Shown here: in pieces, positions 38,641-47,567 of the stretch
Position numbering within the stretch: position 1 is the first letter of the stretch
Layout of the letters: each line of letters begins with the position of its first letter
From: an uncultured Chloroflexia bacterium
GTDB taxonomy: Bacteria > Chloroflexota > Limnocylindria > Limnocylindrales > CSP1-4
Length of the DNA stretch: 64,000 nucleotides
Assembly (NCBI GenBank): GCA_963813535.1
Contig: CAWEZH010000002.1
Coordinates: forward strand, 672,001 to 736,000
Direction: 5' to 3'
The notes under the pieces: model-generated
Databases searched by the model: none
Seen by the model: the letters and a program-made list of their open reading frames with translations, nothing else
Told to the model about the DNA's origin: nothing
Position numbers and translations under genes: made by a program

Positions 38641-41127
38641 CTAGGTCCTGAGTCGGCCCCCGACGTCGCTCGCGAGACCCGCCGTGATGTCTGCCACGGC
38701 GTTGTCTGCCTCGTTCTCGACCAGCGTCCGGTCGTCCGCCCCGAACGCCAATCGATACGCGAGGCTCTTCTCCTCGTCGCCCAGTGGCCGCCCGCGGTAG
38801 ATGTCGAACAGGGTCACCGTGCGCAGGAGCGGACCTGCGTGGCGCCGGATCGAGGCCACGACCTCGCCCGCGGGGGTCGCGTCCGCGACGATCACCGCGA
38901 GATCGCGGTCGACGATCGGATGGCGAGACGGGCTCGAGACGCGGGGCGTGTCGGGTTGCCCGCCCGACAGGCCCGCGACGGCCAGCTCGGCGACGAGGAT
39001 GCGGTCCACGCGCAGCTCGAGCTCGTCGATGACCGATGGGTGCACCTCGCCCACCCGGCCCGCGATCTGTCCGTCTGCGATGACCCGCGCCGCCCGGCCC
39101 GGATGCAGGTTCGGGTCGTCCTCGATGGGCGAGTAGCTGGGTCGCGCGAAGCCCAGCCGCTCGGCGATCAGCTCGATGATGCCCTTGGCATCGTCGAGGT
39201 CGTACGGTCGCGCCGGGCGGTCCCAGGTCGGGACGTCGGCCGCGCCGGTCAGCGCGAGGCCGAGACGCCACCATTCGTGGGTCGAATCGCCCTCCTCGGT
39301 CGCGCCGTAGCCCTTGCCGACCTCGAAGATGGCGACATCCGGTCGTCCGAAGCGCGTGTTCGTCGACACGACCTCGAGGAGACTCCCGATCAGGCTCTGG
39401 CGGAGCACGGAGTGCTGGCTCGACAGGGGGTTGGTGACGGTGAGCGGTCGACCGCCAGCCTGGCCCTCCCCCGGCACGAGAGCGTCGGCGATCGGACCGA
39501 AGCGCTCGACCATGGCCGGCGACACGAGGGCGAACGTGACGGCCTCGGACAGCCCGATCCCCGCCAGCGTCTCCCGGACGGCATCGCGGATGCCGAGGGG
39601 CGAGTGCCGGTAGGGCGGCGATGGCGTGTCCGGCAGGATCTCGGGGATGGTGTCGTACCCCCGGATGCGCGCCACTTCCTCGGCGATATCCGCCTCGATC
39701 AACAGGTCTCGCCGCCAGGTCGGCACGGTCGCGACCAGGGTCTCGGCCTCGCCAGGGTCGATCTCGAGCGGCTGGGGCGCCGCCGCGACGAGGACTCGCA
39801 TGCCAGGACCCGCCGCTTCGGTCGAGACGCCGACACGCTGGAGCACGTCTGTCTGCTCGGCCGGTGACGACGAGGTCCCGAGCAGACGATCGATACGCGC
39901 CGGTCGGAAGGCCACCTTGATCGGCAGCGGCTCGGTGGCGTTCGTGTCGACGGCACCGACCGCGACCTGCCCCCCGGCCCACTCCGTGATGAGCCGTGCT
40001 GTGCGGTCGGCACCAAGCTTCGCGAGCCGGTGCTCCTGGCCCTTCTCGAACCGGAGGCTTGCTTCGGACCGGAGCGAGTAGCGGAAGGCCGTCCGCCGGA
40101 TGCTGATCGGGTCGAAGATCGCCGACTCGACGACGACGTCGTGCGTCTCCGGTCCGATCTCCGACTCGGCGCCACCCATCACGCCGGCGATGCCGATCGG
40201 ACCCTCCGGGTCCGCGATGATCAGCGTATCCGGCGTGAGCTCGCGAACGATGTGGTCGAGCGTCTCCAGGCGCTCGCCCTGGCGGGCGAGGCGCACGACG
40301 ATCCGGCCGTCGTTGACGGCTGAGGCGTCGAACGTGTGGATCGGCTTGCCGAGTTCCAGCATCACGTAGTTGCTGACGTCGACGACGTTGCTCACCGGCC
40401 GCTGTCCGGCGGCCAGCAGCCGCATCTGGACCTGATCCGGCGACGGACCGACGGTGACGCCACCGACCCAGCGGCCGACGAACCTCGTGCACAGGCCGGG
40501 TTCCTCGACGTCGACGCGGAGCCGCTCGGCGATGGGTGGCCCGGTCTCGGGCGGGTCCGTCTCCGGGAATCGGACGGACGCTCCGGTGACGGCCGACACC
40601 TCGCGCGCCAGGCCGACGAGGCTCAACGCATCGCCCCGGTTGGGCTTGACGTCGACGTCGAGCACGATGTCGCCGTAGAGATCGGTCAGGGCCGCGCCGA
40701 GCGGTGCATCGGTCGGCAGGATGAGGATCCCATCCGCGTCGGTCGTGAGACCCAATTCGTCACCCGAGCACAGCATCCCGTTGCTGACGACACCCATCTT
40801 CTCGGTGCGCTCGATCCGTCGACCGCCCGGGAGCACGGCACCCGGGAGCGCGACGGGGACACGTTGACCGACCGCGATGTTCGTCGCGCCGCACACGATG
40901 TCCAGCACCTCGCCGTCTCCCATCCGCACGCTCGTGAGCGACAGGCGATCGGCGTTCGGGTGTTTCTCGACCGTCAGGAGCTCACCGACGACGACGTTCT
41001 GCCAGTCCGAGCCCCAGCGCTCGACGCTCTTGACCTCCATGCCGAGCAGCGTCAGCCGCTCCGCGAGCTGCTCAGGCGTGAACTGGACATCGACGTAGTC
41101 GCGGAGCCAGGACAGCGGGACCCTCAT
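38641..41127 (-). CDS. pheT: Phenylalanine--tRNA ligase beta subunit
   Basis: MRVPLSWL, HPNADRL, IVCGA, PNRGD, RFEKG, EEVARIRGY, FDX-ACB domain. Confidence 0.98.
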   Translation of the reverse strand: MRVPLSWLRDYVDVQFTPEQLAERLTLLGMEVKSVERWGSDWQNVVVGELLTVEKHPNADRLSLTSVRMGDGEVLDIVCGATNIAVGQRVPVALPGAVLPGGRRIERTEKMGVVSNGMLCSGDELGLTTDADGILILPTDAPLGAALTDLYGDIVLDVDVKPNRGDALSLVGLAREVSAVTGASVRFPETDPPETGPPIAERLRVDVEEPGLCTRFVGRWVGGVTVGPSPDQVQMRLLAAGQRPVSNVVDVSNYVMLELGKPIHTFDASAVNDGRIVVRLARQGERLETLDHIVRELTPDTLIIADPEGPIGIAGVMGGAESEIGPETHDVVVESAIFDPISIRRTAFRYSLRSEASLRFEKGQEHRLAKLGADRTARLITEWAGGQVAVGAVDTNATEPLPIKVAFRPARIDRLLGTSSSPAEQTDVLQRVGVSTEAAGPGMRVLVAAAPQPLEIDPGEAETLVATVPTWRRDLLIEADIAEEVARIRGYDTIPEILPDTPSPPYRHSPLGIRDAVRETLAGIGLSEAVTFALVSPAMVERFGPIADALVPGEGQAGGRPLTVTNPLSSQHSVLRQSLIGSLLEVVSTNTRFGRPDVAIFEVGKGYGATEEGDSTHEWWRLGLALTGAADVPTWDRPARPYDLDDAKGIIELIAERLGFARPSYSPIEDDPNLHPGRAARVIADGQIAGRVGEVHPSVIDELELRVDRILVAELAVAGLSGGQPDTPRVSSPSRHPIVDRDLAVIVADATPAGEVVASIRRHAGPLLRTVTLFDIYRGRPLGDEEKSLAYRLAFGADDRTLVENEADNAVADITAGLASDVGGRLRT

Positions 41128-41213
41128 GAACGGCCACCCTCAACGGGGTACGGGCACTCGCCCTCCGAAGGCGGAGGCGACGCCCATGCGAGCCATCCGA
41201 CTGAGGATCTCAT
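41124..41213 (-). repeat. MIRU/REP-like hairpin insert carrying a 29-aa ORF that overlaps the pheS stop and the pheT start
   Basis: ATGA overlap at both ends; MRSSVGWLAWASPPPSEGECPYPVEGGRS; imperfect internal inverted repeat. Confidence 0.5.
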
Positions 41214-42250
41214 CGGAACTGCTCCAGGAAGCGGAGGTCGTCCTCGAGGAAAAGCCGGAGGTCGGTGATGCCGTGCTTGAGCATCTTGATCCGCTCCGGG
41301 CCCATCCCGAATGCGAAGCCCTGGTAGCGCTCGGGGTCGAGGCCGCCGTACTGCAGGACGACCGGGTGGACCATCCCGGCGCCCAGGATCGTCATCCAGC
41401 CGGTCCGACCGCAGGCGGGACAGCCGACACCACCGCAGACGAGGCACTCGACGTCGAACGCCACGGACGGCTCGGTGAACGGGTAGTAACCCGGTCGGAA
41501 GCGGGTCTTCTTGTCTGACCCGTACATCGCCTTCGCGAACTGGTCGAGGAGGCCCTTCAGGTCGGCCATCGTCGTCCCCTCGTCGACCATCAGGCCCTCG
41601 ACCTGGAAGAACTCGGAGCCGTGACTGGCGTCGATCGATTCGTACCGGAAACACCGACCGGGAAGGAGCGCCCGGATCGGCGGCGTCTCGGTCTCCATGA
41701 CCCGGATCTGGCCGGGCGAGGTGTGCGTGCGCAGGAGCCGGCCCTCGACGTCGACGTAGAGCGTGTCCCACAGGTCGCGCGCGGGATGATCGGGCGGGAT
41801 GTTCAGCATCTGGAAGTTGGTGACGTCGTCCTCGATCTCGGGGCTCTCGTAGGACACGAACCCGAACTGCCCGAAGATGTCGGCGATCTCGCGCATCGCC
41901 TCGATGCTCGGGTGCAGGGTGCCGCGACGGATCGGGCGGCCGGGCGTCGTGACATCGACCGACTCTGCCCGCAGACGCGTCTCGAGCTCGCTGCCCCGGA
42001 GCGCCGTGCCGCGCTCCGCAAGCGCCGCTTCGATCGACGTCCGGACCGCGTTCGCGATCGCACCGACCTTGGGTCGATCCTCGGCCGGGAGCGACCCGAT
42101 GCCACGCAGGACGGTCGTCAGCCGGCCCTTCCTGCCCAGGATGTCCAGCTCGAGCGCCTCGAGCGTGGCAGCGTCGTGCGCGGCCGTGACCGACGCCAGC
42201 GCGTCGGCCTGGAGTCCTTCGAGGTCGCGGGTCAGGTCGGCGAGGTCCAC
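41210..42250 (-). CDS. pheS: Phenylalanine--tRNA ligase alpha subunit
   Basis: HPARD, LLRTHTSPGQ, FFQVEG, YPFTEPS, GAGMVHP, FAFGMG. Confidence 0.98.
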   Translation of the reverse strand: MDLADLTRDLEGLQADALASVTAAHDAATLEALELDILGRKGRLTTVLRGIGSLPAEDRPKVGAIANAVRTSIEAALAERGTALRGSELETRLRAESVDVTTPGRPIRRGTLHPSIEAMREIADIFGQFGFVSYESPEIEDDVTNFQMLNIPPDHPARDLWDTLYVDVEGRLLRTHTSPGQIRVMETETPPIRALLPGRCFRYESIDASHGSEFFQVEGLMVDEGTTMADLKGLLDQFAKAMYGSDKKTRFRPGYYPFTEPSVAFDVECLVCGGVGCPACGRTGWMTILGAGMVHPVVLQYGGLDPERYQGFAFGMGPERIKMLKHGITDLRLFLEDDLRFLEQFR

Positions 42251-42285
42251 GGTCCCTCTTGCGTGCGGGTGTCGGGTCCCGGAAT

Positions 42286-42323
42286 CATGAACCCTCGAGC
42301 GTCGACGACGTCGAGGGTTCGTG
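42286..42323 (-). terminator. Hairpin after rplT
   Basis: Inverted repeat catgaaccctcga...tcgagggttcgtg about 30 nt downstream of the rplT stop. Confidence 0.6.
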
Positions 42324-42353
42324 TAGGACTCGGGTCGTCGATCGACGCGGCTG

Positions 42354-42704
42354 CTACGCGCCCTTGGCCGCTTCGGCGATCCGCCCGAACGTCGCGCTGT
42401 CGCGGATAGCCAGGTCGGCCAGGATCTTGCGATCGATCTCGATATCGGCGCGCTTCAGACCGCTGATCAGCTGGCCGTATGTCATGCCGTTCTGGCGCGC
42501 CGCCGCGTTGATGCGGACGATCCACAGCTCGCGCATCTGGCGCTTGCGCTGCTTGCGGTCGCGCGTCGCGTAGGCGAGCGCGTGGAGCAGCGCCTCGCGG
42601 GCGGGCTTGATCAGCTTCGAGCGCGTGCCGCGGCGACCCTCAGCAGCCTTGAGCAGCCGCTTGTGGCGCTTGTGGGCGGTGACGCCTCGCTTGACTCGTG
42701 CCAT
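42354..42704 (-). CDS. rplT: 50S ribosomal protein L20
   Basis: [37 protein letters not shown]. Confidence 0.98.
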   Translation of the reverse strand: MARVKRGVTAHKRHKRLLKAAEGRRGTRSKLIKPAREALLHALAYATRDRKQRKRQMRELWIVRINAAARQNGMTYGQLISGLKRADIEIDRKILADLAIRDSATFGRIAEAAKGA

Positions 42705-42717
42705 GGGTGAGGGGCTC

Positions 42718-42915
42718 CTAGAGGTACGGCAGCAGGCGCCGGACCTGCTTGGCGTGCTGGGGCTTCATCAGGGTCTTGCCCGCGTAGCGCCGGGTGCGGC
42801 GCGACGACTTGATCTCCAGGTGATGGCCACGCCACGCATTGACCCGGATGACCTTGCCGCTGCCGGTCACGCCGATGCGCTTCTGGGCCGCCTTGTGGCT
42901 CTTCATCTTCGGCAC
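42718..42915 (-). CDS. rpmI: 50S ribosomal protein L35
   Basis: [13 protein letters not shown]...LLPYL; between infC and rplT. Confidence 0.96.
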   Translation of the reverse strand: MPKMKSHKAAQKRIGVTGSGKVIRVNAWRGHHLEIKSSRRTRRYAGKTLMKPQHAKQVRRLLPYL

Positions 42916-42922
42916 GCTGGCC

Positions 42923-43792
42923 TCACTCTCCTGCTTGAACGGGCTCGGGCTCCTGGGCGGCCGGCGCCTTTTGGGCGGGGGCGGCTGGTCGGGGCTCGAC
43001 GGTCTTCTTTGGTGCAGCCGGCGTCTCCGCCGGTGCGTCCGGTGGCGTTTCGGCCGGTTTGGCCGCGACGGCCTTCGTGTCCGCCGCTTCCGGCTTTTCT
43101 GCCTCCGGCTTTTCTGCCGCGGCCGGCGTCTCCGCCGGTGCGTCCGTTGGCGTCTCGGTCGTCGCATCGGCCGGTTGGGCCACGACGGTCTTCGTATCTG
43201 GCGCGGCCGGCGTCTCCGCCGTCGCGTCGGCCGGGATCACATCCGGCGCGTGCTTTCGGTCCGGTGCGTCGTGGCTCTTGGGCTTGTGGAGCGATGCCAT
43301 CGTGATGTGCATCGACTTGCCCTCGAGCAGCGGCGTCCGTTCCGCGACTCCGTGCTCTTTGACTCGATCCACGAACCTGGCGATCAGGTTCCGGCCGATC
43401 TCCGGGTGGGTCAGTTCCCGACCCCGGAAACGCACCGTCACCTTGATGCGGTCACCGTCCTCGAGGAACTCGACCGCGCGGTGGACCTTGGTATCGAAGT
43501 CGCCGACGCCGATCTTCGGTGTCAGGCGGACTTCCTTGAAGGTGATCGAGCGCTGCTTGCGCTTGTTCTCCTTCTCCCGCTTCGTCAGTTCGTACTTGTA
43601 CTGACCGAAATCGAGGAACCGGACCACCGGGGGCTGCGCCATCGGAGCGACTTCGACGAGGTCGAAACCTCGTTCCTGCGCCATCTCGAGGGCCTGCGGC
43701 GTGGGCATGACACCCAGCTGGGCACCCTCTTCGTCGACTACCCGGACCTGTGGGATCCGGATCATCGTATTTACACGCAGGTCTCGACTGAT
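42923..43792 (-). CDS. infC: Translation initiation factor IF-3, ATC start, long C-terminal extension
   Basis: ISRDLRVN..IRIPQVRVV, DLVEVAP, RFRGRE; RBS gagggg 6 nt before an in-frame ATC. Confidence 0.95.
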   Translation of the reverse strand: MSRDLRVNTMIRIPQVRVVDEEGAQLGVMPTPQALEMAQERGFDLVEVAPMAQPPVVRFLDFGQYKYELTKREKENKRKQRSITFKEVRLTPKIGVGDFDTKVHRAVEFLEDGDRIKVTVRFRGRELTHPEIGRNLIARFVDRVKEHGVAERTPLLEGKSMHITMASLHKPKSHDAPDRKHAPDVIPADATAETPAAPDTKTVVAQPADATTETPTDAPAETPAAAEKPEAEKPEAADTKAVAAKPAETPPDAPAETPAAPKKTVEPRPAAPAQKAPAAQEPEPVQAGE

Positions 43793-43863
43793 GGTTCACC
43801 CCTCTTGGTGCTGGATATCGAACCGACCGGCACGGGCAAACTGCCCCTACCGGGCGAGCGGGC

Positions 43864-43893
43864 AGGATAGCACAGGCCCTTTGAGACCGACAA
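43864..43893 (-). promoter_or_regulatory. Sigma70-type promoter of infC-rpmI-rplT
   Basis: TTGTCG-N18-TATCCT with an extended TG. Confidence 0.6.
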
Positions 43894-43917
43894 TGAAATG
43901 GCCACTCGGAGGGTGCA

Positions 43918-44430
43918 GTGCGAACCATCGACATCCTGGCGCTGTTCGACTTCACGTACTGGGCAGATCGGCAGCTGCTCGATGCCGCAGCGGCCGTGCC
44001 TGCCGACGATCTCGTCCGGCCCGCCTCGATCACATATCGGAACCTGCGAGACACGCTCGTTCACACCCTCGATGTGGAACTGACCTGGCGCCGACGCCTG
44101 CGCGGCGAGCCCAAGGAACTCTGGGACGTCTCGCTCGAGGTCGATGACTACCCGACGATCGGAGCGCTCCGTGAGCACTGGACGGCGGATGAAGCGGAGA
44201 TGCGAACGTGGCTTGGGTCGTTGGCCGACGAGGATCTTGTCGCCATCGTCGACGTCGGCAACAGCGATCGATTCCCGCTTTGGTACTACCTCGTCCACAT
44301 CGTCACGCACAGCGAACAGCAGCGCCGCGACGTCCAGATCCTGCTCAGGGACCTCGGCCACTCGGTGCCTGATCTGGAGTTCCTGTACTACGCGGACTCG
44401 GTCGAATCCGCTGCCGAGGACGCCCGATAG
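43918..44430 (+). CDS. DinB/YfiT family protein
   Basis: FTYWADRQLL, LRDTLVH, HIVTHSEQQR; ggagg RBS. Confidence 0.88.
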   Translation: MRTIDILALFDFTYWADRQLLDAAAAVPADDLVRPASITYRNLRDTLVHTLDVELTWRRRLRGEPKELWDVSLEVDDYPTIGALREHWTADEAEMRTWLGSLADEDLVAIVDVGNSDRFPLWYYLVHIVTHSEQQRRDVQILLRDLGHSVPDLEFLYYADSVESAAEDAR

Positions 44431-44487
44431 ACCTGGCCGGCGCGCAGCGACCGCGACGTGCGCTCCCTGCCCGCCCTGAGCGTCTCT

Positions 44488-44572
44488 TGGAACATGACAT
44501 GTTACGAGCGACCGCCGAACACTCGGGCCAGGGGAGCTTGGCTGTCACCTGGAACATCACGTGATGTTCCAG
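44488..44572. repeat. REP-like palindromes between convergent genes
   Basis: Perfect 24-bp palindrome CTGGAACATCACGTGATGTTCCAG (44549-44572) and a degenerate copy TGGAACATGACATGTTAC (44488-44505). Confidence 0.65.
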
Positions 44573-44610
44573 ATGCCGCTGGCGGCGGACCGTGGAACCC
44601 CCCCCGACTA

Positions 44611-45180
44611 TCACGTCCTGCGTGGCAGGCGGCTCACGAGCACCGCCGCGACCGTTCCCCCGATCAGCCCCAACGCGAGGTCACCGAGCGTGTCCGCGTA
44701 GGCGGTCGCAGCCTCGGGTGAGTCGGGGACGAATGCCACGTACTCGGCGAGCTCCCAGAGGACGGCGGTGCTTGCCGCCCAGCCGACACACAGCGCCGCG
44801 CGGGTCCACGGTCCCCAGGGTCCAGCCCGGAGCAACAGGCCGATCGCCGCCGTGTGGAGCGCCCAATTGACCAGGTGATTCGCGTCGTCCCACCACGCGA
44901 CCGTGTCGTACAGGTCGAGGGCGTTCCCGCCGACATCGATGAGGAACGGGAGACCCAGCAGGATGTCGGCGGCGACCGGGTATGGGAACGCCCGCGGCCG
45001 GCCGAGCACCCACCATCCGACCGGCAGGATCACTAGCGCGATGGGGTACACGAGCGCTCGCCCCGCGAACGCCTTGCCGGTGAACTGCGGCAGATCCGGG
45101 CTCAGGACCGCCCAGGCGAGGAGGACGACTGCCGCGACCTTGATCGCGACATCGACCGCGACGAGGCGGCGATCCGGCAC
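44611..45180 (-). CDS. Hypothetical membrane protein
   Basis: About 6 TM segments; LYDTVAWWDDANH, WELAEY, YADTLGDL motifs. Confidence 0.8.
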   Translation of the reverse strand: MPDRRLVAVDVAIKVAAVVLLAWAVLSPDLPQFTGKAFAGRALVYPIALVILPVGWWVLGRPRAFPYPVAADILLGLPFLIDVGGNALDLYDTVAWWDDANHLVNWALHTAAIGLLLRAGPWGPWTRAALCVGWAASTAVLWELAEYVAFVPDSPEAATAYADTLGDLALGLIGGTVAAVLVSRLPRRT

Positions 45181-45189
45181 GCGCCGACC

Positions 45190-47022
45190 CTACCCCACCC
45201 CCCGGGCTTGCGATTCGGCCGCCAAGCGATCTGCGAACGCCTCCCAGGGTTCGGCCGGCTGTTGCTCGCCGCCTCTCGTCCTGGGTGACGCTGTCCGCGC
45301 TTCGATCTCGCGATCGCCCAGCACGACCATGTAGGGCACCTTCTGCTCCTGTGCCGTCCGGATCTTGTACTGCATCCGGTTCGACGAGGCGTCGACCTCG
45401 ACACGCAGCCCACGCCCGCGGAGCACGTCGGCGAGCTCCGACGCCGCCTCGACATGCCGATCGGCGATCGGGATGACCACCGCCTGTACCGGCGCCAGCC
45501 ACAACGGGAATGCTCCAGCGAAGTGCTCGATGAGGATCCCGATGAAACGCTCCAGCGAGCCGTAGATCGCCCGATGGATGGCGATCGGGCGCTGCGGCTT
45601 GCCCTCCTCATCGATGTAGGTCAGGTCGAAGCGTTCGGGGAGCATCGTCAGGTCGATCTGGATGGTCGCCATCTGCCACTCGCGCCCGAGGGCGTCGTCG
45701 ATGTAGATGTCGATCTTTGGCGCGTAGAACGTGCCGTCCTTCGGCTTCAGCTCGTAGCTGATATCGGCGGCAGCGAAGGCCTCACGCGTGAGCTGCTCCG
45801 CCCGTTCCCACAGCGCCGGGTCGCCGATCGCCTTGTCGGGCTTGGTCGCGAAGGAGAACCGCGGCTCCAGTCCGAACCAACCGTATGACTCCCGGACCTC
45901 GCCGAGCAGCGCCACGATCTCGTCGGTCAGCTGGTCGGGGCGGACGTACAGGTGAGCGTCGTCCTGGATGAACTGGCGGACGCGCGTCAACCCTGACAGC
46001 GTGCCCGAGCGTTCGTTCCGGTGCAGCCGTCCGAACTCGCTGAAGCGCAGCGGCAGGTCGCGGTACGACCGCAGCGAGGAGCGGTAGATGAACGTCGACT
46101 CAGGGCAGTTCATCGGCTTGAGACTGAAGGTCTGGTTCTCGGACTCGACCAGGAACATGTTGTCGCGATACAGGTCCCAGTGGCCCGACTGGCGCCAGAG
46201 CTTCTCGGACACCACGATCGGCGTCGACACCTCCTGGTAGCCGCGTCGCTCCTGGAGCTCGCGCATGGCCGTCTCGAGCGTCCGCCAGATGCGCTGGCCC
46301 TTGGGGTGCCAGAACGCCGAACCGGGCGACACATCGTGGAACGAGAACAGATCGAGGGCGACGCCGAGCCGTCGATGGTCGCGCTTCTTCGCTTCCGCAC
46401 GACGCCAGAGATACGCGTCGAGCTCCTCCTGCGTGGCCCATGCCGTTCCGTAGACGCGCTGGAGCATCGGGCGTTTCTCGTCGCCGCGCCAATACGCGCC
46501 GGCGGTGCCGAGCAGCTTGAACGGACCGATCTTGCCCGTGCTCGCTACATGCGGTCCGCGACACAGGTCGATGAAGGGACCCTGCCGATAGAACGTGGTC
46601 GGCGGCATCGGCGTGCCGTCGCGCGTCGACGTCGTAGTCAGGTCGTCGATGATCTCGACCTTGAAGTCCTGACCCTGCTCCGCAAGACGTTCTCGGGCGA
46701 CCTCGGGGGTCTCCTCGGTGAGCTCGAACGGGTGGTCGGCGGCGATCGATTCGCGCATCCGCTCTTCGATCTTCGGCAGGTCATCAGGAGTCAGCGGCCG
46801 GGGCACGAGGAAGTCGTAGTAGAAGCCGTCCTCGATGACGGGCCCGATGCCGAGCTTCGTCCCAGGGAACAGGTCGAGGACGGCCTCTGCCAGGACGTGG
46901 GCGGCGCTGTGGCGCATGGGCCCGAGCTCGCCGGACGCGCCGTGGTCCATGAGCTCCGTCGCACTGCCGCGCTCCGGTGCGTCCAGGACCTCTTCGACCT
47001 CGATGTGCTCGTCGTCCGTCAT
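45190..47022 (-). CDS. thrS: Threonine--tRNA ligase (no N-terminal TGS domain)
   Basis: HSAAH, DLCRGPH, RDHR, LKPMNCP, HRNE.SG, IHRAIYGSLERF; aaggag RBS. Confidence 0.98.
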   Translation of the reverse strand: MTDDEHIEVEEVLDAPERGSATELMDHGASGELGPMRHSAAHVLAEAVLDLFPGTKLGIGPVIEDGFYYDFLVPRPLTPDDLPKIEERMRESIAADHPFELTEETPEVARERLAEQGQDFKVEIIDDLTTTSTRDGTPMPPTTFYRQGPFIDLCRGPHVASTGKIGPFKLLGTAGAYWRGDEKRPMLQRVYGTAWATQEELDAYLWRRAEAKKRDHRRLGVALDLFSFHDVSPGSAFWHPKGQRIWRTLETAMRELQERRGYQEVSTPIVVSEKLWRQSGHWDLYRDNMFLVESENQTFSLKPMNCPESTFIYRSSLRSYRDLPLRFSEFGRLHRNERSGTLSGLTRVRQFIQDDAHLYVRPDQLTDEIVALLGEVRESYGWFGLEPRFSFATKPDKAIGDPALWERAEQLTREAFAAADISYELKPKDGTFYAPKIDIYIDDALGREWQMATIQIDLTMLPERFDLTYIDEEGKPQRPIAIHRAIYGSLERFIGILIEHFAGAFPLWLAPVQAVVIPIADRHVEAASELADVLRGRGLRVEVDASSNRMQYKIRTAQEQKVPYMVVLGDREIEARTASPRTRGGEQQPAEPWEAFADRLAAESQARGVG

Positions 47023-47041
47023 GTTCGACTCCTTGGAATCA

Positions 47042-47265
47042 CGAAACCCCTCGTCCACTGCCAGGACGAGAGGCATCTCCCGCGGTCCCACCTGCGTTCG
47101 CCGGCTCGAGCCGACGCGCTTTGCTGTCGCGCTATCGGGCGACTCCCGGACCGGTTCGCCGGTCGCTCACGGGTGGTGCGGGTTCGGGGTTCGGTCTCCG
47201 GGCTCCCAGCCATGGCCCAGCTCTCTGTGGACGTTCCCCGAGACGCGTGTCCCGATCGATGCGTA
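47042..47265 (-). promoter_or_regulatory. T-box riboswitch of thrS
   Basis: AGAGA and GGCUG stem-I motifs, ACC (Thr) codons in the specifier region, T-box AGGUGGGACCGCG, terminator CCUCUCGUCC...GGACGAGGGG-UUU. Confidence 0.9.
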
Positions 47266-47370
47266 TGGTTCAGACCCGCCGGAATGGCCCGACGACAGAC
47301 ATGCATGGTAGCAGCCGAGCGTCCGCCGGCTCCGGCGACGCCTCGTTGGCGAACGGCTCGGAAAGGGATC

Positions 47371-47447
47371 TGGTGGGCGACACTGGACTCGAACCAGTGA
47401 CCTCTTGCATGTCAAGCAAGTGCTCTAACCAGCTGAGCTAGCCGCCC
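47371..47447 (-). tRNA. trnV: tRNA-Val (GAC)
   Basis: GGGCGGCTAGCTCAGCTGGTTAGAGC...CTTGC-TTGACAT-GCAAG...GGTTCGAGTCC...CGCCCACCA; full cloverleaf with encoded CCA. Confidence 0.98.
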
Positions 47448-47567
47448 GGATCACGCGGGGATCACCCTGATGACTGCACAGGAGCTCACCCGTCGCGGCC
47501 GTCAATCTAGCAGAGGCACCCGGACTCGTCACGCCTGTCGACCTGGGCGACTCCTCGCGCCCACCGA

